From IMG/VR virus record IMGVR_UViG_3300044617_002200, positions 1-64,000 of that record: DNA of 64,000 nucleotides; one strand, 5' to 3'. The notes beneath the pieces are model-generated. The model ran no database searches, was not told where the DNA came from, and saw nothing but the letters and a program-made list of their open reading frames with translations. Positions 8,664 to 19,200 of the stretch are shown here, piece by piece; position 1 is the stretch's first letter, and the number at the start of each line of letters is the position of its first letter. Position numbers and translations under genes: made by a program. The DNA is from a virus.

Positions 8664-11072
8664 TTAATAACCCACTCTTTTTATATCAGAAGAAACTTTC
8701 CTCAAAATGACTTCTGGGTTTGGCGGCTTTGGAGGCTTAGAGGCGAATTCGACACTAGTTTTAAAACCATCTTCTCCTAAAGAAATTTCCATTGAAGAAA
8801 GACCGCTAGAGGGAGATAAATCTAATCCATCTGGTTCTCCAGCAAAAATAAAAGAAGACCTCTCCATCGGAGAGGTAACAGAAGAAGCAACTGCAGTGGG
8901 TAAATCAGAGCGTTTCGCCCCCCAAGAATCAAATTCCGCATCAGTCATATTATCTATAGAAACATTTATTCTAGCAACGTCTTTTGCATTACCAACTGAT
9001 CCTGTAGAGTTAAGTATTTCTTTATTACTATCATCATTCAATAATTTTTGTATAGAACTAGTGAATCTTGTCACAAATTGATACTGACTTTTACTAGGGG
9101 CTAAAAATCTTATATTTGATTTCGCATCTTTTAAAGATATACTGATACCTTCTGCCATTTTTTGAACAAGCCCAGAAATAGGTTCTTTTGGGTCTTCGTT
9201 CTTTTCCGGTTGAAGCTTATCCATCAAATATTTTCTAGCCTCGTCTTCCGCAGATAAGCATGGTTTATTTTTAGAGTCTTCTATTGCGTCGCATTGTTTA
9301 GGGGCGTTTTGATTATATTCAGAAACATCGTCGATAGTGGATTCTAAATCATTTTGACCGCTAATGTATGTTACTTTTAAACCAAGATTTTTTTTGACAA
9401 AATCAGAATTCGGGTAAATAACTAAAGTGTTTACTTTTTTAGAAAGTTCTTTTGTTAAAAGCTCTGCTTCAATTAAATACCCTATTAAACCAGACTCGAC
9501 TAACTCAATGTGAATAGGACTACAAGCTCTTAACTCTCGAGTTAATTCAGATAAACCCAATTCTTCTAAAATAGAACTTGGATCATGAGAGAAAGTTCCA
9601 TTTCTTTCCAACAAATTGGATGCTGAAAATTCATCAGTTTGATCTTCTAAATAAGAGCCTTGAGGTTCTACGCTAACTTCAGATTGTACTAAAACATCGC
9701 TGTTACAAAAATAATAAGATCTATTCGTACCTGGGACTTTATAATGGCGACCGAAATTCGACATATTAGTTTTTTCAAGATCTCTCCATGTAGCTAAAAT
9801 TCCTTCGTCATGACTTACATATGCAGCAGTAAAACTAGGCAAACCCTCTTCATCTAGATCTTGCAAGGCTTGAATAGCTTCTTCATAACCGCCAGTTTTT
9901 ATTAAAAAATTTATAATTTTTTTAATATCTACGGTTTCGCCTTTATCAGTTATTTTGTAACCCATAATTCTCCACCATTTCTTTTCAAAAGCATAAATAT
10001 CTCTTAAAGAATCACTAATCAAACCTAACATCCCGCAAATTACAAACTCGCTTCGACTTCTTCCGTCTCCAAAAGTACCGCCCTCCGCGTCTAGTGATTT
10101 TCTTGTACCATTCTTATTTAAATAATAATTTAATGGATATGGATTAACAGAAGAAGTTACTATTTCTGAATACTCTCCATCTACAGCAGTAGGAGCTTCT
10201 TTTGGTTTTGCGCTATAAGAAATAGCAAATTGTCTATAAGTACCTTCCATAGAAGCACCTTCCGAAACAGAAATTAAATTAGAAGCATTAGACGATGGAA
10301 CGCTTGATATACCGGCAGAAGCTTCAAAAAATTTTAGACCGTTATTCCCTCCCGACGAATAATCCCAATAAAAATCATAACCAAAATCTGCGCACCAATT
10401 TTGTAAAACTTCTCTCAGCGTACCGGAATGAGTGGTTCTATATTTAGAATTTTTATCCGGCATATTTAAACTTATAGGACAAGCTTGTTTTAATTCTGAA
10501 AAATTATAATCAGTGGTCGGGATTTCACATTCTGAGTCTCTAAATTGTTCTGTACCTACCAATATAGCGCCTCCTTTAACGGCAGAGCCTTTTTTACATT
10601 TTCTTGTTATAGAGTGAGATCCTAAAGATCGCTCCATCCAATCTAAATAATACCCCCAAGAACCATTACTCTTCAAAATAGGAAGAATAGTTTTTTCTTT
10701 AGAAAAATCGAATTTTTTTGTTTTAGATATTTCAGATCCATTTACGCCCAATAAACCTCTTTTCCATAAAACAACATAATGTCTATCAAGTATAATACTA
10801 TTATCTATTATTTCAACTTCTAACAAAGATTGTTCTGCTGTTTTTGTAATATTATAAGACCAGACAATTCCATTAAAAGTAAAAGAACCCATTCTAACTG
10901 ATACGGCCTTATTTAGAGAACCAGAGCTTATATTATATGATCCAGAAGAACTAACTATGTTTAATGTTAAAACGCTAGGCTCAGCGGAATAGTTTGTTTT
11001 TAATGATAATCCATAAATCACTCCACCATAAGATGGACCACTAATATTTGGAATTTTTTGAAATGAAGACAT
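8664..11072 (-). CDS. Tail tip/baseplate hub-like protein
   Basis: Position downstream of the tape measure; GTLREVLQNWCADFGYDFYWD resembles hub/Tal N-terminal domains. Confidence 0.55.
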   Translation of the reverse strand: MSSFQKIPNISGPSYGGVIYGLSLKTNYSAEPSVLTLNIVSSSGSYNISSGSLNKAVSVRMGSFTFNGIVWSYNITKTAEQSLLEVEIIDNSIILDRHYVVLWKRGLLGVNGSEISKTKKFDFSKEKTILPILKSNGSWGYYLDWMERSLGSHSITRKCKKGSAVKGGAILVGTEQFRDSECEIPTTDYNFSELKQACPISLNMPDKNSKYRTTHSGTLREVLQNWCADFGYDFYWDYSSGGNNGLKFFEASAGISSVPSSNASNLISVSEGASMEGTYRQFAISYSAKPKEAPTAVDGEYSEIVTSSVNPYPLNYYLNKNGTRKSLDAEGGTFGDGRSRSEFVICGMLGLISDSLRDIYAFEKKWWRIMGYKITDKGETVDIKKIINFLIKTGGYEEAIQALQDLDEEGLPSFTAAYVSHDEGILATWRDLEKTNMSNFGRHYKVPGTNRSYYFCNSDVLVQSEVSVEPQGSYLEDQTDEFSASNLLERNGTFSHDPSSILEELGLSELTRELRACSPIHIELVESGLIGYLIEAELLTKELSKKVNTLVIYPNSDFVKKNLGLKVTYISGQNDLESTIDDVSEYNQNAPKQCDAIEDSKNKPCLSAEDEARKYLMDKLQPEKNEDPKEPISGLVQKMAEGISISLKDAKSNIRFLAPSKSQYQFVTRFTSSIQKLLNDDSNKEILNSTGSVGNAKDVARINVSIDNMTDAEFDSWGAKRSDLPTAVASSVTSPMERSSFIFAGEPDGLDLSPSSGLSSMEISLGEDGFKTSVEFASKPPKPPNPEVILRKVSSDIKRVGY

Positions 11073-11090
11073 ACCTTTTACCGAATTATT

Positions 11091-11096
11091 TTACAC
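11091..11096 (-). promoter_or_regulatory. GTGTAA putative late promoter
   Basis: 18 nt upstream of ATG 11072. Confidence 0.65.
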
Positions 11097-11119
11097 TAAA
11101 CTAGTATATAAAAAACAAT

Positions 11120-13033
11120 TTATCTATATACAAAGAAAAAATCGTCCGTATTGTCATAGATCAAATCTAAATTTTTACCGAAGCTGAACGATCCTGAAAT
11201 TCTATCAAATTTAGAATTTTCTATATAATCTTTATCGATAGTTTGTTTGATACCATTTAAATAAACATGGGTACAATAGTTGTTAAAATTAGAATCTAAT
11301 TCTACTGTAGAACGAGAATCAAAGGTATAAGAAAAGTCTGAATTTAAATTTTTTACATAAAGTAAATTTAGTCTAGAAGAAATTAAGTCAAAATTTAAAA
11401 AATTAGGCAATTCATAATCTTTTCCACTAATTAATTTTTGTCCGTTTAAAAAAACAAAGCTATTGTCAAAACTCGCATCTGAAATAGACATACCGCTGAA
11501 AATACTACCAATTAAATATATACTGTAATTCCCAGTTATATTATCTACTGTCAAAACATCATTCTCTGTAAAAAATTTTTCCGTCTCTATATTCCGCCCA
11601 GTTAAATAATAATCAAAAAGAGGGCCTATTAATTCTTCATAGCCAATTTTTTTTCCAGAATAACCCCCATCAATTAGCAATTGACCATTTGCAAACAGTA
11701 AAATATCGCTATTTTTATAATTCCTATTTAAAAAATGTTTTCCTCGAACAGAATCATACAAAGCAGGAATGTTAAAATATTTACGATTAGCCTTGTAATT
11801 TTCTTTATAGATTTCTATTAAATTCTCGCTTGTTTCTTCTGTATTAAAATATAAAGACACCTCAGAAAATGAAAGAGACTTTAAATAATCTGTGTCAATT
11901 GAATAATTTAAATCACCAGTAACGACAGTAAATGAATCGCAAACGTCTTCAGTTATAAAAATTTTTTCGGAACCCGTTATTGTGCCCGTAATTTCTATAT
12001 TCTCATATTCAAATCTTGGCACAAGCCCAGTTAAAGCGATCTCAGTAGTAAATCTAACCTCTCTAAAACCAGATAAATAAACTGTTTCATAAATGGGTCT
12101 TTCGATATTGCAACTATCTAAAAAATAACCTACTAAATCTTCTCTTTTACCTGTTCTTGTGTAATATAAAATTCCTGTTTCTATCGAGGTAACCCCAGTA
12201 ATTTGATTTTCATATATAACATTTTCAATTAGCTGGTAACCCGTAATTCCCGTATAAGAAAAGCCTGAATCTATAAAATACCCAGTAGTATAACAAATTT
12301 CTCTAGAAAAACCTTGAACTTCTCTTGGAGAAGAATATAATCCTAAGGCAAGATCATTTGCATAAATTGACGGTATATCTTCAAAATAATAAAAACGATC
12401 AATCAAACCATATAAATTATCCACATCATTTTGAATAAAATTCCTAACAGGAGATCCGCCTATAAATAATTTGTTAGCATTAATTATTGAATTATTGAAT
12501 ATTTCAAAATCCCTCGTTTCAAAATTAAAAGTATTATTATCAAACCTCCCAATAGAAATATTGGACCCATCCTTACCAACCATGATTAAATTTTTATCAG
12601 ACAAAATTTCATCAAAAGTAAAAGTGAAAACCCCTTCAACTCCATTATTATATTTATAATAAAGCTTATTAGCAGAATTAACACCAACAAAAAAACCTCT
12701 AGCTTCATCGTTAACTTCATCCACGCTTGAAAATAAGATACTATCTTTTGAATCAAATTTTTCATAAGATATTAAAAATAGATAATTATCTTTTTGATAA
12801 TCAATATTAGAATTAAAATAAATATAATTATTTTTATCAAAAAAACCAGGCTTGTTATTAACAAAAACTGATTCATTAAAAACCAATCCCGTTAATGCGA
12901 AATTCGACGAAAAGTCGGGGTAAAGCAAACCCCCGTTAAAGCTGCCGCTCGAAAAATCAAAACCAACAATATTTTTCTGGATAGGTTCTCCTAGAAGATT
13001 TAAATAAAATTTAATACCAGTATAATTAATCAT
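11120..13033 (-). CDS. Tail-associated protein (LamG-like N-terminus, [S/T]G-rich middle, NGQ repeats)
   Basis: LFIGG...GLIDRF LamG-like end; repeated FANGQ/FLNGQ/YLNGI; overlaps the neighbouring stop codon. Confidence 0.55.
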   Translation of the reverse strand: MINYTGIKFYLNLLGEPIQKNIVGFDFSSGSFNGGLLYPDFSSNFALTGLVFNESVFVNNKPGFFDKNNYIYFNSNIDYQKDNYLFLISYEKFDSKDSILFSSVDEVNDEARGFFVGVNSANKLYYKYNNGVEGVFTFTFDEILSDKNLIMVGKDGSNISIGRFDNNTFNFETRDFEIFNNSIINANKLFIGGSPVRNFIQNDVDNLYGLIDRFYYFEDIPSIYANDLALGLYSSPREVQGFSREICYTTGYFIDSGFSYTGITGYQLIENVIYENQITGVTSIETGILYYTRTGKREDLVGYFLDSCNIERPIYETVYLSGFREVRFTTEIALTGLVPRFEYENIEITGTITGSEKIFITEDVCDSFTVVTGDLNYSIDTDYLKSLSFSEVSLYFNTEETSENLIEIYKENYKANRKYFNIPALYDSVRGKHFLNRNYKNSDILLFANGQLLIDGGYSGKKIGYEELIGPLFDYYLTGRNIETEKFFTENDVLTVDNITGNYSIYLIGSIFSGMSISDASFDNSFVFLNGQKLISGKDYELPNFLNFDLISSRLNLLYVKNLNSDFSYTFDSRSTVELDSNFNNYCTHVYLNGIKQTIDKDYIENSKFDRISGSFSFGKNLDLIYDNTDDFFFVYR

Positions 13034-14622
13034 GATGATATAGGACCTTCAAATAACCAGCTTTCTTTTAAATTTACACTTTTTAAATCAGGATTAATTG
13101 TTTCGTTATTATTTTCAAGAACGCCTCTACCTACTCCATAATTACTTTTTATACGTCCTAATTCACTTTGAGCCGCCGATAAAGCTTCTTGCATACTAGA
13201 ATTTGGTTTAGCTATTGCAGTAACATCAAAATCAGCTCTAGCTCTTCTCGCAGTGCCAAGATCTTGAACATTATGATCTCCAGGTGTAACCGCCGAAGCA
13301 TTAGGTACATATATTTTAACTGATGGTTTTAAATTAACAGTAGACTGCAAGCTCAAGATTTTATCCGAAAAATGCTGATATTTGTCATCCCAAGTTGCAC
13401 TAAAATTAATTCTAGCATTAAATTCATCAAAAGTCGCAGATTCGTTTAATTTTTTATTATATAAAACTCTATTAGAAATTTCTTTTCTATATTCTGCATT
13501 AGCTAAAGAAAAAGGATCAAAAGAATTTTTGTAAAAATTTTTTACTTTTTCCCATTTAGTTTTTGTGTCGCCATATTTTGCAAATATTTCAGTATTTAAT
13601 GTTACTGTGGTAATATTTTTAATATTATCACTAGAAATATCTACCGAATAGTTGTTAACTACATCCGAAGAATAATCATTATTAAAAGTATAGTTAAATG
13701 AAATTTTATTTTCATACTCGAATTCTGTAACCGAATTCTCTATTGGTTTTGAATTTAAAATTACTCCTACCGAAGAAACAGTATTAGAATTAGCAATATT
13801 ATAAAAATTTATCTTATCTAATTCCTCTCTTAAGACAGGAAGAGTATTCTTTGTTAGAGAACCTTCTATATTAGTGACTACGTAACCATCATTAACTCCA
13901 GAGGAAATATCTATAGAATAATTTAAAAAACAATTTTTAGGGCTTTCAATTGATCTCGTTTTTTGATAAACGCCCTCCCAAGAATAAAATCCCTCTATCC
14001 GATTGATTTCTTCTTTAACAGAATCAAGTAAATAATCAGAACCGTTCGGGTCAATTAAAATCGGATTAATTTTATTAAAATTGTCTTTTCGAGAAACAAC
14101 CCACTCTTTCGCATTTTCTAATGGAGACTTATTATTTATTTTTAAGCCTTTTGCTGATAAAGAATGGGTTACAGAAGCTATTCCAAAGTCTTCTTCTTTA
14201 AATTCTAAATTTTCTTGTGGTTCTATTATTCCATAATAATTATTAAATAAACTTGGCTCATATACTGTAAAATTTATCTCGAATGGTATTACTCCGTACC
14301 ATTTATCCTCCGGAATACTTAACGAATCAAATATAGCTCTTTCAGCTTTAAATAAAATATCATTATCTTGTTTTATCTCTAATTCTTTAAAATTAGAAGA
14401 AAGCCTTTCTTTTAATATATTGAGAGATCTATTTAATTCAAAAAAAGAAGTTTCTCCCAAATATCTTCCAGTTATCTGTCCTTGCATTTTTAGATTAGTA
14501 ACTTGGTTCCAAGTATTTTTATAATCGATAAAATTTTGTTCTGAAGAAATAAATGGGATTGGTGCAATATCTTTAAACAAATCTTGATTATTATATAATA
14601 TTTTAATATTAGACTCGCTCAT
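13030..14622 (-). CDS. Distal tail/tail-tip protein, paralog of 14625..16292
   Basis: Beta-rich; position after the tape measure; DSLSIPEDKW aligns with KSLSFDEGNW. Confidence 0.5.
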   Translation of the reverse strand: MSESNIKILYNNQDLFKDIAPIPFISSEQNFIDYKNTWNQVTNLKMQGQITGRYLGETSFFELNRSLNILKERLSSNFKELEIKQDNDILFKAERAIFDSLSIPEDKWYGVIPFEINFTVYEPSLFNNYYGIIEPQENLEFKEEDFGIASVTHSLSAKGLKINNKSPLENAKEWVVSRKDNFNKINPILIDPNGSDYLLDSVKEEINRIEGFYSWEGVYQKTRSIESPKNCFLNYSIDISSGVNDGYVVTNIEGSLTKNTLPVLREELDKINFYNIANSNTVSSVGVILNSKPIENSVTEFEYENKISFNYTFNNDYSSDVVNNYSVDISSDNIKNITTVTLNTEIFAKYGDTKTKWEKVKNFYKNSFDPFSLANAEYRKEISNRVLYNKKLNESATFDEFNARINFSATWDDKYQHFSDKILSLQSTVNLKPSVKIYVPNASAVTPGDHNVQDLGTARRARADFDVTAIAKPNSSMQEALSAAQSELGRIKSNYGVGRGVLENNNETINPDLKSVNLKESWLFEGPISS

Positions 14623-14624
14623 AA

Positions 14625-16292
14625 CTAAGAATGTTTGTAAGTTATACTGTACGAAGCAGTTTGCTCTATTTCATTAGAGTTAAAAGAAACTTCTTCTATA
14701 TATTTTTGGCTTGAGGGAATTTGAGATACAAAAGAAGACAATCTTTGTTTCAAAGCATTTATATACTGAAATCCATTAAATATTTGGTTTTGACTTAATA
14801 AAGCTATTTCCGCAGAAGCACTCAAAGTAGCCGAACCTTGTTTTGTGAAACCTTGGTTTTGTATAAATGTATAAGATCTATTCGGAATAATAAATTCTTT
14901 AGTAAAAGATAAAGCGTCTGTTTTCGAATATTCTATATTAATTCTTCGTATATCGCTATTTAAGTTTATTCTCGGGTCATCTGAATATTCATAACTATAT
15001 GTAATTTGCCCTTCAGCAGGTTTTTTTACTACATTTTTATTAACTAATTTTAAAGACGAAGAAGCTTTGTCGGCAGAAGAAACGTATGTATTCCAAATAG
15101 AAAGAGTATTATTAGTTATTTCATTTTTTTTCGTATTCCAGGCGTTTTCGGCTTTTTTGTACTTATCGTTTTGAACTAAATTATATTTTACTCCTACCCC
15201 CTCTATAGTTCCATTTTCTATTACTTTCCAAATCCAATCTGCGTCTCTTTGTATTATTAAAGTATTTTCAAAAATAAAATTAGCATTTTTTCTTTTTTCA
15301 TCGTTATCGTACTCTACACTATAATTTATAGTTCCATCAAATTTGTTTATAACAATGCTTTTTTGAGAAGGTCCAGAGCTAATCAATTCGGAGTTTTCTA
15401 TATTAAATCTATTTGATGTTTTATATCTATTAAAAACAAGATTGCATCTATTAAAAGAATTATTTATACCTTCTACTGGATCATTCAAACCCAAAAGAGC
15501 GCACTCATATAAAGACGGGGAATTAGATTCGGCTTTTATCGAAGCATCCTCTTTAACAGCAACTCTGCCCTCTGAGTCTAAACGGATGCTTATATTTCTA
15601 TTTATTGAGAAAGGTTTATCTAAATTATTGTTATTCTGGTAAGAAAATTTCTTAGAAAATCCGCACGAACTATTTATTAAATCATAAGATTCACTTTTTA
15701 ATACAGAATAAGAATTTTCTGGTCTTGTATTATAATTACCCTCTTTTAAATTAGAAGGTAAAGTCTTTAATAATTCTAAAGCTAGCTGTTGAGCAAAAGA
15801 AATTAAATTCAAATTAACGTCGTTAGACTCAAATTCAATTTGTATATTATGATCTCCCCCTAAAATAGAACTATCTGCATCAAAATCAAGAGTAAATGTT
15901 TCATTAAAATTTTTTATTAAATGTAAATTTTTATTGTTTAAATTAACACCATTAAATTCCGGACCAAGATCAGTGATCGATACTTCATCTAAAATTTCTA
16001 TTTCTGCTTGAAATTCTGTATTTTTTACCCAGTTACCTTCGTCGAAAGATAAAGATTTAATTTTACCTTTCCCAAAACTGACGCCATTTATAGTAACTTC
16101 CTGAAAATTCCTCGCTAAAGATTTAATTTCTTGAACTCCCTCAAAAACGTTTTTAACGCCATTATCGTTCAACAGATCTAAAATATAGCCACGAATAGAA
16201 ATTTGTTTTACTATAGAGTAGTAAAAAGACTTTTCTCCCAAAAAAGAATTTTGATGGTTATAACCAAGAAGCTGTATATTATTAAATATCAT
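14625..16292 (-). CDS. Distal tail/tail-tip protein
   Basis: First gene after the tape measure; repeated GxIxYSxEYxDD-type segments. Confidence 0.5.
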   Translation of the reverse strand: MIFNNIQLLGYNHQNSFLGEKSFYYSIVKQISIRGYILDLLNDNGVKNVFEGVQEIKSLARNFQEVTINGVSFGKGKIKSLSFDEGNWVKNTEFQAEIEILDEVSITDLGPEFNGVNLNNKNLHLIKNFNETFTLDFDADSSILGGDHNIQIEFESNDVNLNLISFAQQLALELLKTLPSNLKEGNYNTRPENSYSVLKSESYDLINSSCGFSKKFSYQNNNNLDKPFSINRNISIRLDSEGRVAVKEDASIKAESNSPSLYECALLGLNDPVEGINNSFNRCNLVFNRYKTSNRFNIENSELISSGPSQKSIVINKFDGTINYSVEYDNDEKRKNANFIFENTLIIQRDADWIWKVIENGTIEGVGVKYNLVQNDKYKKAENAWNTKKNEITNNTLSIWNTYVSSADKASSSLKLVNKNVVKKPAEGQITYSYEYSDDPRINLNSDIRRINIEYSKTDALSFTKEFIIPNRSYTFIQNQGFTKQGSATLSASAEIALLSQNQIFNGFQYINALKQRLSSFVSQIPSSQKYIEEVSFNSNEIEQTASYSITYKHS

Positions 16293-16293
16293 C

Positions 16294-19200
16294 TTAAATT
16301 CTAGCTAAAGATGGAGGTACTTTTTTTCCTAAAGCTCTTTTTACATTATTTCCTATTTGATCATTTATCTCTGGAAGCATAGATAAAATAACCTCTCTTG
16401 GGTCTTGTTGAGCCGAAGTTATATTTAAATTTACAGGAGCATTTATATCCGCTTTTACATTAGAAGTCATGCCAGCAGCAAAATTAGGAACAAAATTACT
16501 CGCAGCACCAGTAAGCTTTTCTATAGCCGAATTTAAACTTTCTAACATAATTGAAATATTATTATTAGGAATATTATTTTCGGATAGACTATCAAAAGCG
16601 CTTACAATATTATTTAATCCAGAATCTAAATTAGAAAAATTCGGGACTCTTTTTTCAAAATTCATACCTGACATTTTTAAATTTTCTCCAGCATGGTCTC
16701 TAAAAGCTTGGGATAAAGAATTTTGCCCTTGTAATTTATTAAAGACTCCTAATCCAAGTGGATTTGTCGCACTTTTTAATAAACCAGAACTCCCTACTCT
16801 AACAGAATTCAATGCTTCACTGGGAGAAGCACCCATAGAAACCAAGCTAGCAACTTCTCTTTGAATTGAATCATTAAGAGGATTTTTTTCAAAAAAGTTA
16901 GGAATAAAACCTTTTGAGTAAGAATCAGTTTTTTTATGCGAGTTGTATACAGTTCTTAATTTCGAATACTGCTGTCTAGAATACATTGTTTTGTATTCCA
17001 TTAATTTTTTAGCAAGAGCCATTTTTTCTTCAGATGTTTTTGCGTTTTTTATAGCATCTTCATAAGCAGTATTTAATTCTAAAACTTCTGCTTTCGCCGT
17101 TTCATCAGAATAAGCGTTTTCTTTTTGAGTAGATTCTATTACCGATCTAACAGGGTCAGCATTTGAAGAAGTATCGCTTTTAGTATTTAATAAAGACGCA
17201 ACCTTTTCAGAAGGCTTTCTTTCCAAAACTGGCGCTTTTGACTCCTCTTCTTTTGGTAAAGGATTCGTTGCGTCTGGATCTAAAATCCCTGTAGATTTTT
17301 GACGAACCCTATCAGAAATTACCTGTGTAGCATACAAACCTTCTGTTAACCAACGCTTACCAGCAGGAGTTAATTTATACGAACTATCTTCCGAACCATA
17401 CTTTTCTAAAGTTTGTTTTAATGATTTAATTTTATTTCTAGCTTCGCTATAGCTTTTGTCCTGAAATTCACTTTTTTTAATTTCAGTTAAAGAATCTTGT
17501 ATATTTCTAATAAAAGAGGCCATTTCATCTTCAGAGAATTGTTCTGATGGGTAAAGTCCCTCTACAACAGATTTTGGTCTAGAAGTTTTTGTATCTATTT
17601 CTCCAACAGCTTTTTGCTTCATTCTCGATTGAGACTCTTTTATTTCGTTTAAAACCGTAGAAGAAAAATCGGCTATTTCTTTTGGTATTTGAGTACCACT
17701 ATACTCCTCAAGTTGTTTTTTAGCTAATTCATACTGTTTTCTTGCTTCCCCAACTTTTCCAGCATCTTCCGATCTGTTTGCATTTTCTATTATACGATAA
17801 ATATTTTCTGGTATTGTTGGTTTAGTTTTTTTAGTATCACTGCTAGAGCTAGGTTGAGAAACCGTATTTTTAGCAGAGGATACCGGTTTAGAAGCAGGAG
17901 TGGGAATAACAGAAGCAGGAGCGGGTTGGTTTTGATTTGCTGTAATTATCGCAGGCATTGCTGCATTATTATTGACAACTGACTCAGGATTTTCAGTAGT
18001 AGAAGAAGCAATATCTCTAACCGTTAAACCAGTATCTATAGCTGCAGAAATACCAGTTCCAATGCCAGGAAAACTTCCTGCTACTCCAGAAACAACTTCT
18101 AAACCTGCGCCTGCGAAATCACCCTCCATAGCACGCGAAATACCGAAACCAATACCAGCACCAATACCAATTATAGGTATCTTTTTTAATATGGCTTTTC
18201 CCAATCCTTTGCCCCCAGCTTTTCCAGCTGTTTTTGCTGCAGATTTTGTAGTAGCTTCAGCTGCTTCTTCTACAACTTTGCTAGTAGCTTTCGACGCCGC
18301 TTTATTTTGGAAAGCTTGCTCTACAGTTTTTTTTGCTAAATCATCTGAGTAACCTTTTGATTTCAACCAGTTATATAATTGGCTTTTTTGAGAAATACCT
18401 CCCGTTCTTCCTCTAGAACCTACTTTTCCAGGAGTGGTTGTATTTTTTTTATTTCTATCTAAAAACTCCAAAGCTTCTCTTTCTGCTTTTTTTATAGGGT
18501 CTTCTGGTTTAGGGGTCGGTACTTTTTTAGTCTCAGGTTTGGGTTTTTCCGCATCTGCGATACCCTTTTTAACGCTATCTGATTCAAGTTGTGATATTGG
18601 TTTATCAATAGGGGCAATTTTTTCTGGATTTATTTTTGCTAATTTTTTTCTAGCGACTGCCTGCTCTTCCGGAGTACCAAAATCAACCATTCTTTTTAAT
18701 TTATCTGCCTTAGTGTCCATTGACTGCTCTAAAGCAAGATTCTTATTTACTTTAGATACACCCTCTGCTTCTTGTATAGCTTTTTTGTATATTTCAGCTG
18801 GAGTGCTATTTGTTCCAGCCTGTTTATCCATCTCAAAAATCCCTTCTAAAAATGCGGCGGAGTCTTCTAATGTATTAAAAGTTCCTGACTCAACTAATTG
18901 ACGAATTGTTTTTTCAAATCCAGGATCTTTAGGAATCCTAGCAAAATTAGGTATAAGCCCTTTCGCAAAATTAAACGCTTTTTGCATATCCCTTGTAAGG
19001 ACTGCTGTTTTTCTCGTTCCTCCAAAATTTTTAATTAATTTCTCACCACTATTAATCATGGCGGGTTTTCCGTTAAGGTCATTTAAAAAAACAGGATAAT
19101 CTGAAGGCAATGCCCCACCAATGCCTTTATTAATAGCAGAAGTTTCATTTTTAAATGCAGGTATATACCCTGACGCTTTGTTTTTAACTGGGCCTTTAGG

